A stretch of DNA of 56,445 bases from Acidobacteriota bacterium (lineage in GTDB: Bacteria; Acidobacteriota; Thermoanaerobaculia; UBA5066; Gp7-AA6). The notes below the pieces were generated by a model. It saw only the letters and a program-made list of their open reading frames with translations. It ran no database searches and was not told the origin of the DNA. The stretch is taken from assembly GCA_038327245.1 (NCBI GenBank), contig JBBQKV010000001.1:1-56445 (forward strand), written 5' to 3'. Below, piece after piece: positions 26,120-35,707 of the stretch (within the stretch, counting starts at the first letter, position 1; the number at the start of each line of letters is the position of its first letter). A program made the position numbers and the translations under genes.

Positions 26120-27223
26120 ATGCTTCGAGCCGGAATCGTCGGTCTTCCGAACGTGGGCAAGTCCACGCTCTTCAACGCGCTCACCCGCACCCGCAAGGCG
26201 GAGGCCGCGAACTATCCCTTCTGCACGATCGAGCCGAACGTCGGCGTGGTGACGGTTCCCGACGCGCGTCTCGATACGCTCGCTACCATCTCGCGCACCA
26301 CGAAGATCGTGCCGACCACGATCGAATTCGTGGACATCGCGGGGCTCGTCCAGGGAGCTTCCCAGGGGGAAGGTCTCGGAAACAAGTTCCTCCAGCACAT
26401 CCGGGAGGTGGACGCGATCGTCGAGGTCGTGCGGTGCTTCGAGAGCCGCGACGTCGTGCACGTTTCGGGGGGCATCGACCCGCTCGCCGACATGGAGACG
26501 ATCAAGACCGAGCTGGTGCTGGCTGATCTGGAGACGGTCGCCCGGTCCCGGGACAAGGCGGAAAAGACGGCGCGCGGCGGCGACCGGGACGCGAAAGCGC
26601 TCCTGGCCGTGGCCGAAAAGCTCGAGCGGCACCTGGACTCCGGCAAGCGCGCCCTGACGCTGGAGCTCGGTCCCGAGGAGAAGGAGTTCGCTCGGCGGTT
26701 ATTTCTGCTGACGTCGCGCCCGATGATCTTCGCAGCCAACGTCGGGGAGGACGATCTGGCGAAGTCCGGAGAGCTCCCCCGGGTGGAGGCGGTACGCCGC
26801 TACGCCGAGACCCACGTCGGCACCGAAGCCGTGGTCGTGTCGGCCGAGATCGAGGCTCAGCTCGCGGAGCTCCCGCCGGCCGAGGCCGCGGAGTACCTCG
26901 CGGGCCTCGGAGTGGACGAGTCGGGGGTCGGAACGCTCATCCGGGCGGTGTACCACCTGCTCGGCCTGCGGACCTTCTTCACCGCCAGCGAAAAAGAGGC
27001 GCGGGCGTGGACGTTCCACGAGGGCTACACCGCGCCGGAAGCCGCCGGAGTCATCCACTCCGACTTCGAGCGGGGGTTCATCAAGGCGGAGACGGTCTCC
27101 TACGACGACCTGGTCGCGTCCGGCTCGCTCTCGGGAGCGAAGGAACGGGGACTCCTGCGCCAGGAGGGCCGGGACTACGTCGTCGCCGATGGCGACGTGA
27201 TCCTGTTCAAGTTCAACGTCTGA
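26120..27223 (+). CDS. ychF: Ribosome-binding ATPase YchF
   Basis: MLRAGIVGLPNVGKSTLFNALT, and a C-terminal TGS-like end ...DGDVILFKFNV. 367 aa. Confidence 0.95.
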   Translation: MLRAGIVGLPNVGKSTLFNALTRTRKAEAANYPFCTIEPNVGVVTVPDARLDTLATISRTTKIVPTTIEFVDIAGLVQGASQGEGLGNKFLQHIREVDAIVEVVRCFESRDVVHVSGGIDPLADMETIKTELVLADLETVARSRDKAEKTARGGDRDAKALLAVAEKLERHLDSGKRALTLELGPEEKEFARRLFLLTSRPMIFAANVGEDDLAKSGELPRVEAVRRYAETHVGTEAVVVSAEIEAQLAELPPAEAAEYLAGLGVDESGVGTLIRAVYHLLGLRTFFTASEKEARAWTFHEGYTAPEAAGVIHSDFERGFIKAETVSYDDLVASGSLSGAKERGLLRQEGRDYVVADGDVILFKFNV

Positions 27224-27227
27224 AGAC

Positions 27228-27255
27228 GGGACACGGGACACGGGACACGGGACAC
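27228..27255 (+). repeat. Four exact GGGACAC heptamers (G3N4 x4 quadruplex motif) in the ychF 3' UTR
   Basis: GGGacacGGGacacGGGacacGGGacac begins 5 nt after the ychF stop. Confidence 0.9.
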
Positions 27256-27256
27256 G

Positions 27257-27286
27257 AAAAAAAACGGAGCCCGAAGGCTCCGTTTT
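27257..27286. terminator. Bidirectional rho-independent terminator between convergent genes
   Basis: AAAAAAAA-cggagcc-cgaa-ggctccg-TTTT. The A-run and T-run flanks serve ychF (+) and the lipoprotein gene (-). Confidence 0.8.
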
Positions 27287-27307
27287 CCGTTTTCCGCTTT
27301 CCGTTTT
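27280..27307. repeat. CCGYTTT heptamer array (4 units)
   Basis: ccgtttt ccgtttt ccgcttt ccgtttt, running into the stop codon of the lipoprotein gene. Confidence 0.8.
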
Positions 27308-27777
27308 TACGAGATCGTGAACGTCGTCGAGCCCGCCGGGGCGCCGTTCAGAAGGATGTCCACCCGATAGGTTCCGGGCGCCCAGCCTTTGGTATTTGCG
27401 GCGTGGAAGCTCGTGTATCCGTCACCAGCTTTGTCCGTTACGATTTTGTCTTCCGTGATCTGCTGGCCGTTCGGACCGAACCAGCGCGCCGCGATCTGGG
27501 TGCCGACGGGAGTGCTCGCGGTCCACATCGAAACGTAGACCGTGTCCTTGGGACCGAACGTCGTCGCGGCCTCGCCCGGGCTGTCGTCGGAGTTGACCGC
27601 CTTGACGACCGTGACCCTCTCGATCCGGGCCCCCGCGGGCATCGCGGTCGCCATCGCCGCGGGAGGCTCCGACCCGGGCGCGGGATACGTGGCGGTTTCG
27701 ACCTTCTTCTTGCAGGCGACAGTCGCGGCGGCGAGAGCGAAAGCCGCGGCGATTCCGAGGTATCTGGACTTCTTCAT
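27307..27777 (-). CDS. Small lipoprotein (hypothetical)
   Basis: ATG 27777 after GGAGGA. MKKSRYLGIAAAFALAAATVAC contains a lipobox. Confidence 0.7.
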   Translation of the reverse strand: MKKSRYLGIAAAFALAAATVACKKKVETATYPAPGSEPPAAMATAMPAGARIERVTVVKAVNSDDSPGEAATTFGPKDTVYVSMWTASTPVGTQIAARWFGPNGQQITEDKIVTDKAGDGYTSFHAANTKGWAPGTYRVDILLNGAPAGSTTFTIS

Positions 27778-27791
27778 TTCATTTCCTCCGG

Positions 27792-28100
27792 TCACAGGGG
27801 AGGCAGGCGAAGAACCTGCCCCGGATAAATCATGTCGGGGTCCTTGATGTGGTCCTGGTTGGCTTCGTAGATCTGCCTCCAGAGGCTGGCCTTTCCGTAC
27901 ACCTTCTGGGCGATCTTCGAAAGCGAGTCTCCCTTCTCCACGGTGTAGCTCTGCAGGGTGTGTTCGTCCTTCGACGTCAGCTGGCTGGACCCACCGGAGA
28001 CAATCCCGCTGTCGAAGGGCTCGTTCTTCGCGCCCCCTTCTCCCACGGACGAGTCCCCGCCCGAGACGATTCCATCTTTGTTGTTGTCAGGCAAACGCAT
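27792..28100 (-). CDS. LysM-domain protein
   Basis: C-terminal YTVEKGDSLSKIAQKVYGKASLWRQIYEANQDHIKDPDMIYPGQVLRLP is a canonical LysM domain. Confidence 0.85.
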   Translation of the reverse strand: MRLPDNNKDGIVSGGDSSVGEGGAKNEPFDSGIVSGGSSQLTSKDEHTLQSYTVEKGDSLSKIAQKVYGKASLWRQIYEANQDHIKDPDMIYPGQVLRLPPL

Positions 28101-28162
28101 GGCTCCTCCTTCAATCGAAAACGATGCACGGTCTGTGCCGCGCCAAGGCTATCAGCTGCAGG

Positions 28163-29173
28163 CTATGCGGGCGCAGTCGCTCCATGCTCGCGGATAAATC
28201 GCTCGTACAACTCGATTTCCACGGCGCCGCCGATCGCGACCGGGATCCGCTCGTGGAGCTTCCTCGGGACGAGCTCGAGAACGCGCGCCGTTCCGGTCGA
28301 GGCTCGCCCTCCGGCCTGCTCGACGACGAACGCCAGGGGGTGGCTCTCGTAGAGGAGCCGGATCTTCCCGGAGGGTTTGCCGGAGGACGCGTCGGCCGGG
28401 TACAGGTAGACCCCGCCCGCCTGGAGAATCCGGTGGACGTCGCCGACCATGGAGCCCGAGTACCGCGTCGAGTAGGGACGGCCGGTCGCCGGGTCCCTTT
28501 CCTTGAGGTAATCGACGTACGCGCGATCAGCGTCCGACCAGCCGGCCCGCCGCCCCTCGTTGACGGCGTATCCGCGACCCTGTTCCGGCATCCGGAGCCC
28601 GCGGCGGACGAGGACGAACTCGCCGATCGACGAGTCGAGCGCAAAGACGTGGGTCCCCTCGCCGCTCGAGTAGACGAAGAGCACGGCCGGGCCGAACAGG
28701 ATGTAGCCCGCCGCCACCTGTTCCGTTCCGGGACGGAGGAGGTCCGCCTCCGTGCCGTCGTGCCGCGGCCGGATCGAGAAGATCGTCCCGAGGGTGCCGT
28801 TGACGTCGATGTTCGAGGAACCGTCCAGCGGATCGAAGAGAACGGCGTAGCGCGCGCTCGACGTGTCGCCCCGGTAGACGTGGGCCTCTTCCAGCTCTTC
28901 GGAGGCCACGAAGCTGACGAGGCCGCCGTAGTCGAAGGTCTCGACGAGGATGTCGTTGGCTCGAACGTCCAGCTTCTTCTGCTCCTCCCCCTGAACGTTT
29001 TCCGTGCCTGCCGAGCCGTGAGTGCGCTGGATGTCGGCGACCTCGAGCTCGCGCGCGATCCGCTTGCCCGCGACCGCCAACCGCATCAAAACGAGCGAGA
29101 GCTCCCCGGTGGCGCCGGGATGAGAGCGCTGCTCCTCCAGGATGAAACGGTCGAGGGTAACGGGCGGGCGCAT
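28163..29173 (-). CDS. fbp: Fructose-1,6-bisphosphatase class 1
   Basis: ATG 29173 (MRPPVTLDRFILEEQR...). Motifs DPLDGSSNIDVNG and GKIRLLYE. Confidence 0.9.
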   Translation of the reverse strand: MRPPVTLDRFILEEQRSHPGATGELSLVLMRLAVAGKRIARELEVADIQRTHGSAGTENVQGEEQKKLDVRANDILVETFDYGGLVSFVASEELEEAHVYRGDTSSARYAVLFDPLDGSSNIDVNGTLGTIFSIRPRHDGTEADLLRPGTEQVAAGYILFGPAVLFVYSSGEGTHVFALDSSIGEFVLVRRGLRMPEQGRGYAVNEGRRAGWSDADRAYVDYLKERDPATGRPYSTRYSGSMVGDVHRILQAGGVYLYPADASSGKPSGKIRLLYESHPLAFVVEQAGGRASTGTARVLELVPRKLHERIPVAIGGAVEIELYERFIREHGATAPA

Positions 29174-29197
29174 GGGAACGGCTCGGATTCTAAGGGG

Positions 29198-29232
29198 AAA
29201 AAAAAGCGGGACCGGGCAAAGCCCGGCCCCGC
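29198..29232 (-). terminator. Rho-independent terminator after DUF4331 paralog 1
   Basis: Minus strand: GCGGGGCCGGGC-ttt-GCCCGGTCCCGC followed by TTTTTTTT. Confidence 0.8.
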
Positions 29233-29252
29233 CCAGGTCACGAGGGGGAGAC

Positions 29253-30758
29253 TTAGGGGTGGACTGGATTCGGCGAGAAGGAAAGCGGTCTCTCCAGGTA
29301 CGGGAAGGTGTCGCGGAACAACCGGCGGCTCGCATCGCCGGTCGTCATCAACGTCTGGGGATCGTACGCAACCGTTGCATTGATGAAGGCGCCGTCGGTG
29401 AAGGCCAGCTGGCCGGAAGGCGCGACCGCCGGAGGCAGCAGCTTGCCCATCGCCACGCGCAGCGAAATGTCGACGACGTCGTCACCCGGCCGCCGGCCGT
29501 TCGGATAGCCGGCCGTGTCCGGGACCGCGGCGATGACCCCCAGCGGCTCCTGGGCGGCCGCCGGTTTCGGATCGATGCTCGTGTTCAATCTCAGCATCTC
29601 GGAAGGGACCACGTTGGGCGGCTGGTTCAACCCGGGCACGCCCGTGAGAAAAACGCTTACGAGGTCGGTGCGCGGGAACTGGTTGGGCGCGGTCACTGCC
29701 GGAAAAAGGATCTGGATCAGCTCGGGCAGCGTGGGGTTCGTGACGTAGTCGAGGAACTGCGCGTCGTTTCTCGGCTCGCTCGCGTTGAAGCGATCTTTGT
29801 CCTTCAGGCCGATGACGACCTCGTTGACGAGGGCCATGCCCAGACGGGAGACCTGTTTGAACTGGCCGCCCGGCGTGACCGACGAGTTGGCGAAGCTGCT
29901 GGAAGCCTTCCCCGTACTGGCGGTGGTCCAGGCTCCGATGATGGGCTGGCCCGGCATCGCGACACAGGCGATGGGCACCTCGAGGGCCAGGGTCGACACG
30001 TTCTTGCTCGCGAGAGGATTGGTCTCGCCGTTGGGGGAACCGAGAGGATCCGTGTTGATCAGGTCGAAAACCTCATCGGCGTTGAAGACGAAGCCTTCCC
30101 GACGCTGACCGACGAAGACCTTGCCGGGTGCGGAGCACCCCGGAATGTTGACGCTGTAGACGTGGTCGTTCGCGTAGGTGTCATAGGCCGGGAGCGAATT
30201 GTCTCCGATCCGATCGACGGGCTTCAGGAACGAGCCGTCGGCGGTGGTGATCGGTTGCCTTACCCCGGTTCGGCGGCCGCCCCGGATGACCGACAGGGTG
30301 TAACTCTCGATGACGTTCAGGTTTTCGGTGTCGTTTCTCCCCGGTCCGATCGACCCTTTGTTGATCAGCGGGATCGCGACGTTCTTCGTGTTGGCCGGCG
30401 TCGTGCCGACCGGGAGTGTGAAATTTTTGTTGAGGTTGCTGAACGAGAACTGGAACGTCATGTCCTCGACGGCGTCGCCGTTCTTGTCGACGTGGATCTC
30501 GTAGATGGCGCTGGGGTCGAACATGTAGAAGTTCGGGCCGCCGAGATCCTGGAACGGCTGATAGTTGGCCAGAAACGTGACGTAGCCCGCACGTCCGGCC
30601 TCATAGCTGCGGAACAGGTAGAAGTCGGTGCCGTCGACTTTCGGGGTCTTGGTGATCCCCGGCGCTTCGCGATGGCTCGAGGCGAGAACAGTCGAGCTCG
30701 CCACGGCGAGCGTTGAAACTGAAACGAGAACAGCGAAAAGAAATCTCCGGAACTGCAT
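29253..30758 (-). CDS. DUF4331-family secreted protein (paralog 1)
   Basis: Signal peptide followed by ASSHREAPGITKTP. Shares DKNGDAVED and other blocks with the ORF at 36476..37945. Confidence 0.8.
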   Translation of the reverse strand: MQFRRFLFAVLVSVSTLAVASSTVLASSHREAPGITKTPKVDGTDFYLFRSYEAGRAGYVTFLANYQPFQDLGGPNFYMFDPSAIYEIHVDKNGDAVEDMTFQFSFSNLNKNFTLPVGTTPANTKNVAIPLINKGSIGPGRNDTENLNVIESYTLSVIRGGRRTGVRQPITTADGSFLKPVDRIGDNSLPAYDTYANDHVYSVNIPGCSAPGKVFVGQRREGFVFNADEVFDLINTDPLGSPNGETNPLASKNVSTLALEVPIACVAMPGQPIIGAWTTASTGKASSSFANSSVTPGGQFKQVSRLGMALVNEVVIGLKDKDRFNASEPRNDAQFLDYVTNPTLPELIQILFPAVTAPNQFPRTDLVSVFLTGVPGLNQPPNVVPSEMLRLNTSIDPKPAAAQEPLGVIAAVPDTAGYPNGRRPGDDVVDISLRVAMGKLLPPAVAPSGQLAFTDGAFINATVAYDPQTLMTTGDASRRLFRDTFPYLERPLSFSPNPVHP

Positions 30759-30904
30759 GAACCATCCTTTCGGGACAGAAACGTGAGAGAGATTCCGACG
30801 AATTGTTCGCCGGAGTTGAGAGGCCGGACGCGGTCTCTACGGGCCGAACCGGGAGATCGGATCTACGTTTCGTGCCGCGCGAGGCGATGCGTTCTCTTGT
30901 CGAG

Positions 30905-31990
30905 CTACTTGTTGAGCGACCTCTCGGGCGGAGGGAGAGGCGGTTTCTTCGAGAGCTCGCGCCACGCGGGTTTCGGCCTCCCGTCGGATTTCTGGAGGCC
31001 CCGGTTCGCGAGGAAAGCCGCGCGCCGGGCGGAAACCGGATCCGGCGGACTCCCCGGCGCGATCGGCGGCGGGGGCGGGTCGCGCCACGGGACGTACCGC
31101 GCGAAGAGGAGTTGCGCCCGTTCGGTCCGGTCGAGGATCTTCGTCATCCGCCGGACGAATTCCGCCTGTTTGTCAGGACCCGAGCCGTTCTCGCGGGCGG
31201 CGGAGTAGCTCACCTCGGTAAACGCGACCGGGCGGCCGGCCGCGCCCGAGAGGATGGCAGCCCAGTCCCGGTCGATGGCCGCGGGAGGGCGGTGAGTGAA
31301 GGGAGAGTCCGGCCGGAAGGGGGCATACAGGTAGAAGAGCACGGGGCTCTTCTGATGGAGGGCGGCGGCAACGAGTGGAAAGCGGGAATCCATCGGCGAC
31401 GCCGTGGCGACCCCGACGAGAAGTCGGGGCGCCTTCTTTCGCAGGAACTCGACCGCGCCCCGGAACAGGCCGAGGTACGCGCGCAACTCCTCCGGTTTGT
31501 CCGAGAAGTACGAGTCCGCCTCGTTTCCGAGGGAGATTGTCGAGAAGTCTTCCAGCGCCGGCCCGAGAGCGTCGAGAAGGCGACCGAGGCGAACGGAGAG
31601 CCGGGGATCGTCGAAAGGAACGGTCGCCAGGTCAGCCGGGACCTGGCGGAGCCGACCGTTGACGAGCGGCAGGTCGAGATGCAGGACCGCACCGGACTGG
31701 CGCATCACGCGGGCGGTTTTCGTGACGGCTTCGACGTCGTACCGCCGCGGCCGCGGCTCCGCGGCCGGCCACTGGAGCTCCAGGGCGAACAGCGAAACCC
31801 CGGCGGCGCGGACCGCCTCGAGAGCCTTCTGCCGCAGGACGAGCGGCGCAGAGTCCGGCATGTTCACGGCGAGACCGAGGGTGGCCGGCGCGCGAACGGG
31901 CGGAAGCGAATCGGCGGGCCGCGCCGCGGTCGCGGGGATCGCCGTCAGCAGGACGGCGCCGAGGAAGCCGAACACCTCCTTATTGTGCAC
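30905..31990 (-). CDS. Secreted TIM-barrel glycoside-hydrolase-like protein (clan GH-A-like)
   Basis: C-terminal 361 aa of track ORF 30905..32554. Candidate GTG start 31990 (VHNKEVFGFLGAVLLTAIPATAA). ISLGNEAD and VAFTEVSY resemble the acid/base and nucleophile strands. The start is uncertain. Confidence 0.5.
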   Translation of the reverse strand: MHNKEVFGFLGAVLLTAIPATAARPADSLPPVRAPATLGLAVNMPDSAPLVLRQKALEAVRAAGVSLFALELQWPAAEPRPRRYDVEAVTKTARVMRQSGAVLHLDLPLVNGRLRQVPADLATVPFDDPRLSVRLGRLLDALGPALEDFSTISLGNEADSYFSDKPEELRAYLGLFRGAVEFLRKKAPRLLVGVATASPMDSRFPLVAAALHQKSPVLFYLYAPFRPDSPFTHRPPAAIDRDWAAILSGAAGRPVAFTEVSYSAARENGSGPDKQAEFVRRMTKILDRTERAQLLFARYVPWRDPPPPPIAPGSPPDPVSARRAAFLANRGLQKSDGRPKPAWRELSKKPPLPPPERSLNK

Positions 31991-32044
31991 GGGCCGGAAT
32001 CTCCGGCAATCGGCGCGCGAACTAGAATCAGGATGGAGGTGCCG

Positions 32045-32575
32045 ATGTTCGTGAAACGTTCGATGCTCCCGGCCGCGGTTGCGGTCCTTTTCATCCCCCT
32101 GCTGGCCTGCAAGACCACGCCGGCCAGTCCCACTCCGGCGCCCTCGACCGAAGCGGCTGCCGCGCCGGCCGTGACTTCGGCGGCGCCGGCCGTTCCCGCT
32201 CCCGCGGCTGCTGCCCCGGGGGACCACATCAAGGTCCAGCACATCCTGATCGCGTTCGCCGGGAAGGTGCCCGGGAAGAACATCACGCGAACCCAGGATG
32301 AGGCTCGCGCGCTCGCCGCCCAGGTCTTCGACCGTGCGAAGAAGGGGGAGGACTTCGACTCTCTCGTGAAGACGTACACCGACGATCGCGCACCCGGCAT
32401 CTACGCGCTCGCGAACTCGGGGGTGACGACTTCTGCCGACGAGTTCTCGCGCGACCGCATGGTTCCGGCTTTCGGCGAAGTGGGCTTCTCGCTGGCGCCG
32501 GGCGAAATCGGCATGGCGCCGTACGACCCGGTCCGGAGTCCGTTCGGCTGGCACATCATCAAGCGGCTCGAGTAG
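32045..32575 (+). CDS. Parvulin-type peptidyl-prolyl isomerase lipoprotein
   Basis: ATG 32045 (MFVKRSMLPAAVAVLFIPLLAC, lipobox). PpiC-like motifs VQHILIAF...GWHIIKRLE. Confidence 0.85.
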   Translation: MFVKRSMLPAAVAVLFIPLLACKTTPASPTPAPSTEAAAAPAVTSAAPAVPAPAAAAPGDHIKVQHILIAFAGKVPGKNITRTQDEARALAAQVFDRAKKGEDFDSLVKTYTDDRAPGIYALANSGVTTSADEFSRDRMVPAFGEVGFSLAPGEIGMAPYDPVRSPFGWHIIKRLE

Positions 32576-32577
32576 CG

Positions 32578-34791
32578 TTGCGGGGGTTTCGTCGCGTCGC
32601 CGGCGCCGCCGTCGCGGCGGTCCTTCTTCTTCCCACGGCTAAGGCCGGCGCGGCGAAAAAGAGCCTGGCGCTCGCGGACCTGACGGCGGAGCCGCCCCTC
32701 GCCGGACAGCCCGCGACCGGCGTCGCGTGGCTCGCGGGCGGCGCCCGGTATTCCTACGTCCTCCGTCGGGGCGCCGGCGAGACGGCCGTGTCGGAGCTCT
32801 GGATGGAGGAGACCGTGTCCGGGAAGAAGACCCGGGTGCTCGCGACGCCGGACCTCGCGCTTGCCCGGGACCCGCTCCCGGAGAAGTCCGGCGAGGAGAA
32901 GACGCCGCGCCCCCGTCCGACCGCCTCGCTGGATGACTACCGCTGGTCCCCCGACGGAAAAACGGTTCTGGTGTCGGGAGCGGAGGACCTCTGGCTCTTC
33001 GACGTCGCGTCAAAGCGGCTCGACCGCGTGACGCGCGCCGCCGGAAAGGAGGAGTTCTTCTCGTTTTCTCCGGACGGGCGGCGGGTGGCCTTCGTCCGGA
33101 AGAACGACCTCTACGCAGTCGACGTCCCCGGCGGCCGCGAGACCCGGCTGACGAGAGACGGCAGCGAGCTCGTTTTCAACGGACGGCTGGACTGGGTCTA
33201 CGAAGAGGAGCTCGCGAGCCGGGACGGCCGCGGCTACGCGTGGTCACCGGACGGTCGCTCGATCGCATATCTGCGGCTGGACGACTCCCCCGTCGTCCCC
33301 TACCCCTTGGTGGACTATCTCCGCGTCCCGGCCACGGTCGCGTGGCAGCGCTACCCCAAGGCCGGCTCCGCGAACCCGCTCGCCTCGCTCCACATCGTCA
33401 GCATCGACGGAGAGGAGCGGGCGGCGTTCCGCCCGGAGGGCGACGTTTACGTGGTCCCCGGGCTCTCCTGGACGGCGGATTCGGCGTCGCTCTGCTTTCG
33501 CACCCTGAACCGGGCGCAGAACCGGGAAGAGGTGCGTCTCCTCTCCGCGTTGCAGGGAACCTCCCGGACCCTCTTCGTCGAGCAGGATCCGAACTGGGTG
33601 AACGTCGAAGAGCCCCCGCGATTTCTGCCCGACGGTCGGTACGTCTTCGAGTCCGAGCGCACCGGGTACTCGCACCTTTACGTCGGAAACGTCTCCGGGG
33701 GAGCCGCGCGACCCGTCACGCAGGGGGACTGGCTGGTCGACAAGGTCGCGGGCGTCGACGCCTCGCGGGGCCTGGTCTACTTCACCGCGACTCGGGACAA
33801 CGTGCGCCGGCGTCCCCTGTATCGCGTCGCCCTGGACGGGAGTGGTTTCGGCGCTCTCACGGCTCCGGGAGGCACCCACGCCGCGGAGCTCTCGCCCGAC
33901 GGCCACTTTCTCCTCGACACGTTCTCGGACGTTTCGCAGCCGCCGGTCGTCGCGCTGCTCGACCCTTCCGGCCACGCAGTCCGGGTCGTGGACCGCCCGG
34001 TGAACCGACTCGACGAATACGCACTCGGAACGACCGAGGAAATTCAGCTCCGGGCATCGGACGGAACGCGGCTGGAGGCCCGGCTCGTCAAGCCGCCGGG
34101 ATTCGATCCGGCCCGGAAGTACCCGGTCGTCGTGTTCGTCTACGGCGGCCCGCACTCCCAGGTCGTCCGCGACGCGTGGGGCGCGACCAGCCTTTTCGAT
34201 CACCTCCTCGCGAGCCGCGGGTTTCTCGTCTGGAGCGTGGACAACCGGGGCTCGTTCGGCCGCGGGCACGCGTGGGAGTCAGCGCTCCTTCGCCAGACGG
34301 GGCGCCGCGAGCTCGCCGATCAACTCGAGGGCGTGCGTTATCTGAAGGGCCTCCCGTTCGTGGACGGCTCGCAGATCGGGATCTGGGGCTGGTCCTACGG
34401 CGGCTACCTGACCCTCTACGCCCTGACCAACTCTCCGGACGCCTGGAAGTGCGGGGTGGCCGGCGCTCCCGTGACGGACTGGAAGTTCTACGACACGATT
34501 TACGCCGAGCGGTACATGAGGACGCCCGCCGAGAATCCGGACGGGTATGCGCGGGCGGCACCTCTCACGAAGGCCGCGGAGCTGCGCGCGCCGCTTCTTC
34601 TCCTCCATGGAGCGTCCGACGACAACGTCCACCTGCAGAACACGTTCGCCTTCGTGAACGCGCTCGCGAAGGCCGGGAAACCGTACGAGCTTCAGATCCA
34701 GCCCCGCGAGAAACACGGATTCCACGGCGCGGAGTCGTTGAATTTCCGGAACCGGGCGATCCTGGAGTTCTTCGAACGGAACCTGAAGTAG
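32578..34791 (+). CDS. S9-family dipeptidyl-peptidase IV-like serine peptidase
   Basis: TTG start. N-terminal beta-propeller region, then catalytic GWSYGGY, HGASDDNV and KHGF. Confidence 0.9.
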   Translation: MRGFRRVAGAAVAAVLLLPTAKAGAAKKSLALADLTAEPPLAGQPATGVAWLAGGARYSYVLRRGAGETAVSELWMEETVSGKKTRVLATPDLALARDPLPEKSGEEKTPRPRPTASLDDYRWSPDGKTVLVSGAEDLWLFDVASKRLDRVTRAAGKEEFFSFSPDGRRVAFVRKNDLYAVDVPGGRETRLTRDGSELVFNGRLDWVYEEELASRDGRGYAWSPDGRSIAYLRLDDSPVVPYPLVDYLRVPATVAWQRYPKAGSANPLASLHIVSIDGEERAAFRPEGDVYVVPGLSWTADSASLCFRTLNRAQNREEVRLLSALQGTSRTLFVEQDPNWVNVEEPPRFLPDGRYVFESERTGYSHLYVGNVSGGAARPVTQGDWLVDKVAGVDASRGLVYFTATRDNVRRRPLYRVALDGSGFGALTAPGGTHAAELSPDGHFLLDTFSDVSQPPVVALLDPSGHAVRVVDRPVNRLDEYALGTTEEIQLRASDGTRLEARLVKPPGFDPARKYPVVVFVYGGPHSQVVRDAWGATSLFDHLLASRGFLVWSVDNRGSFGRGHAWESALLRQTGRRELADQLEGVRYLKGLPFVDGSQIGIWGWSYGGYLTLYALTNSPDAWKCGVAGAPVTDWKFYDTIYAERYMRTPAENPDGYARAAPLTKAAELRAPLLLLHGASDDNVHLQNTFAFVNALAKAGKPYELQIQPREKHGFHGAESLNFRNRAILEFFERNLK

Positions 34792-34877
34792 ACCCGCGTC
34801 GATCCGGGCACGGGGTTTGCTCGTACAGCAGGAGTCGGACCGCGCCTTTCGCACAAACTGGCTGGACCGACCTGAAC

Positions 34878-34914
34878 ACGCCGCTCCGAGAAGTCGGGCG
34901 GCGTTACTTTTTTT
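34878..34914 (+). terminator. Rho-independent terminator after the S9 peptidase gene
   Basis: acgccgctccga-gaag-tcgggcggcgt followed by tacTTTTTTT. Confidence 0.75.
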
Positions 34915-34933
34915 CCCAGCTTTCGGCGATCGG

Positions 34934-35707
34934 CTATCCGCTCGGCGCCGGCGAACCGATCAATACGATCGGACCCGACGGCTGCGGCCGCCCGCCGCGG
35001 GGCTCCACCGTCACGGCGAAGTTCTCCGCGGTGCGCACGGCCGAAAGGTCCTTCGACTCGAAGAGACCCTTTCCGGAGGCGTCGGCGTCGAAGACACCCG
35101 CGTCGACCGGCTTGCCGTCCACGAAGACCCACAGCTGGTACTGCCGGTCCGCCGGCAGCGGTTCCAGGTTGGCCGCCACGAGGACCCCGCGCTTCGCGGC
35201 CGGACTCCAGAAGACCTTCGCGCGCGCTCCAGGCTGGGGCCCGTGCCCGCCGAGGAAGAGCATCCGCACGTCGTCGCTTTCCATCACCCGGACCCTCAGG
35301 TCGCGGCGCGCGAGCTCGGAGCGGCTCGCGTCGAGGCGCCCGGCAAGGTCCGAGTTGGAGGCACGCAGCTCCTCCCGCTGCCGGCGCAGGCGGGCATCGT
35401 CCAGGCCGATCATCACGAAGAGAACGGCCGCAGCGGCGGCGAAGGCCCACCCCGAAACGGATGAAGGTCGCGCGGCCGGGCGCGACGGACCGAGCGACGC
35501 GAGCAACTCATCGCGCAGCGAAGCGCGGGGCTGCCTCGGAGGAGCATCGACCGCAAGAGCGGATACCGCCTCTCTCAGCTCCGGCAGAATCCGATCGCAC
35601 TCCGGGCAACCCTCGCCGAGTTCCTTCAAATATTCGGCCCCCTCGGCCACCAGGGGGTAACCCAGGGCCATCAAAGCCAGTCGCTCCTCGTGCCTTTCGT
35701 TATGCAT
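34934..35707 (-). CDS. Anti-sigma factor (RskA-like C-terminal domain)
   Basis: 257 aa with one TM helix (GWAFAAAAAVLFVMIGL). The extracytoplasmic part KVFWSPAAKRGVLVAANLEPLPADRQYQLWVFVDGKPVDAGVF is typical of RskA-like anti-sigma factors. Overlaps the sigma gene stop. Confidence 0.75.
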   Translation of the reverse strand: MHNERHEERLALMALGYPLVAEGAEYLKELGEGCPECDRILPELREAVSALAVDAPPRQPRASLRDELLASLGPSRPAARPSSVSGWAFAAAAAVLFVMIGLDDARLRRQREELRASNSDLAGRLDASRSELARRDLRVRVMESDDVRMLFLGGHGPQPGARAKVFWSPAAKRGVLVAANLEPLPADRQYQLWVFVDGKPVDAGVFDADASGKGLFESKDLSAVRTAENFAVTVEPRGGRPQPSGPIVLIGSPAPSG

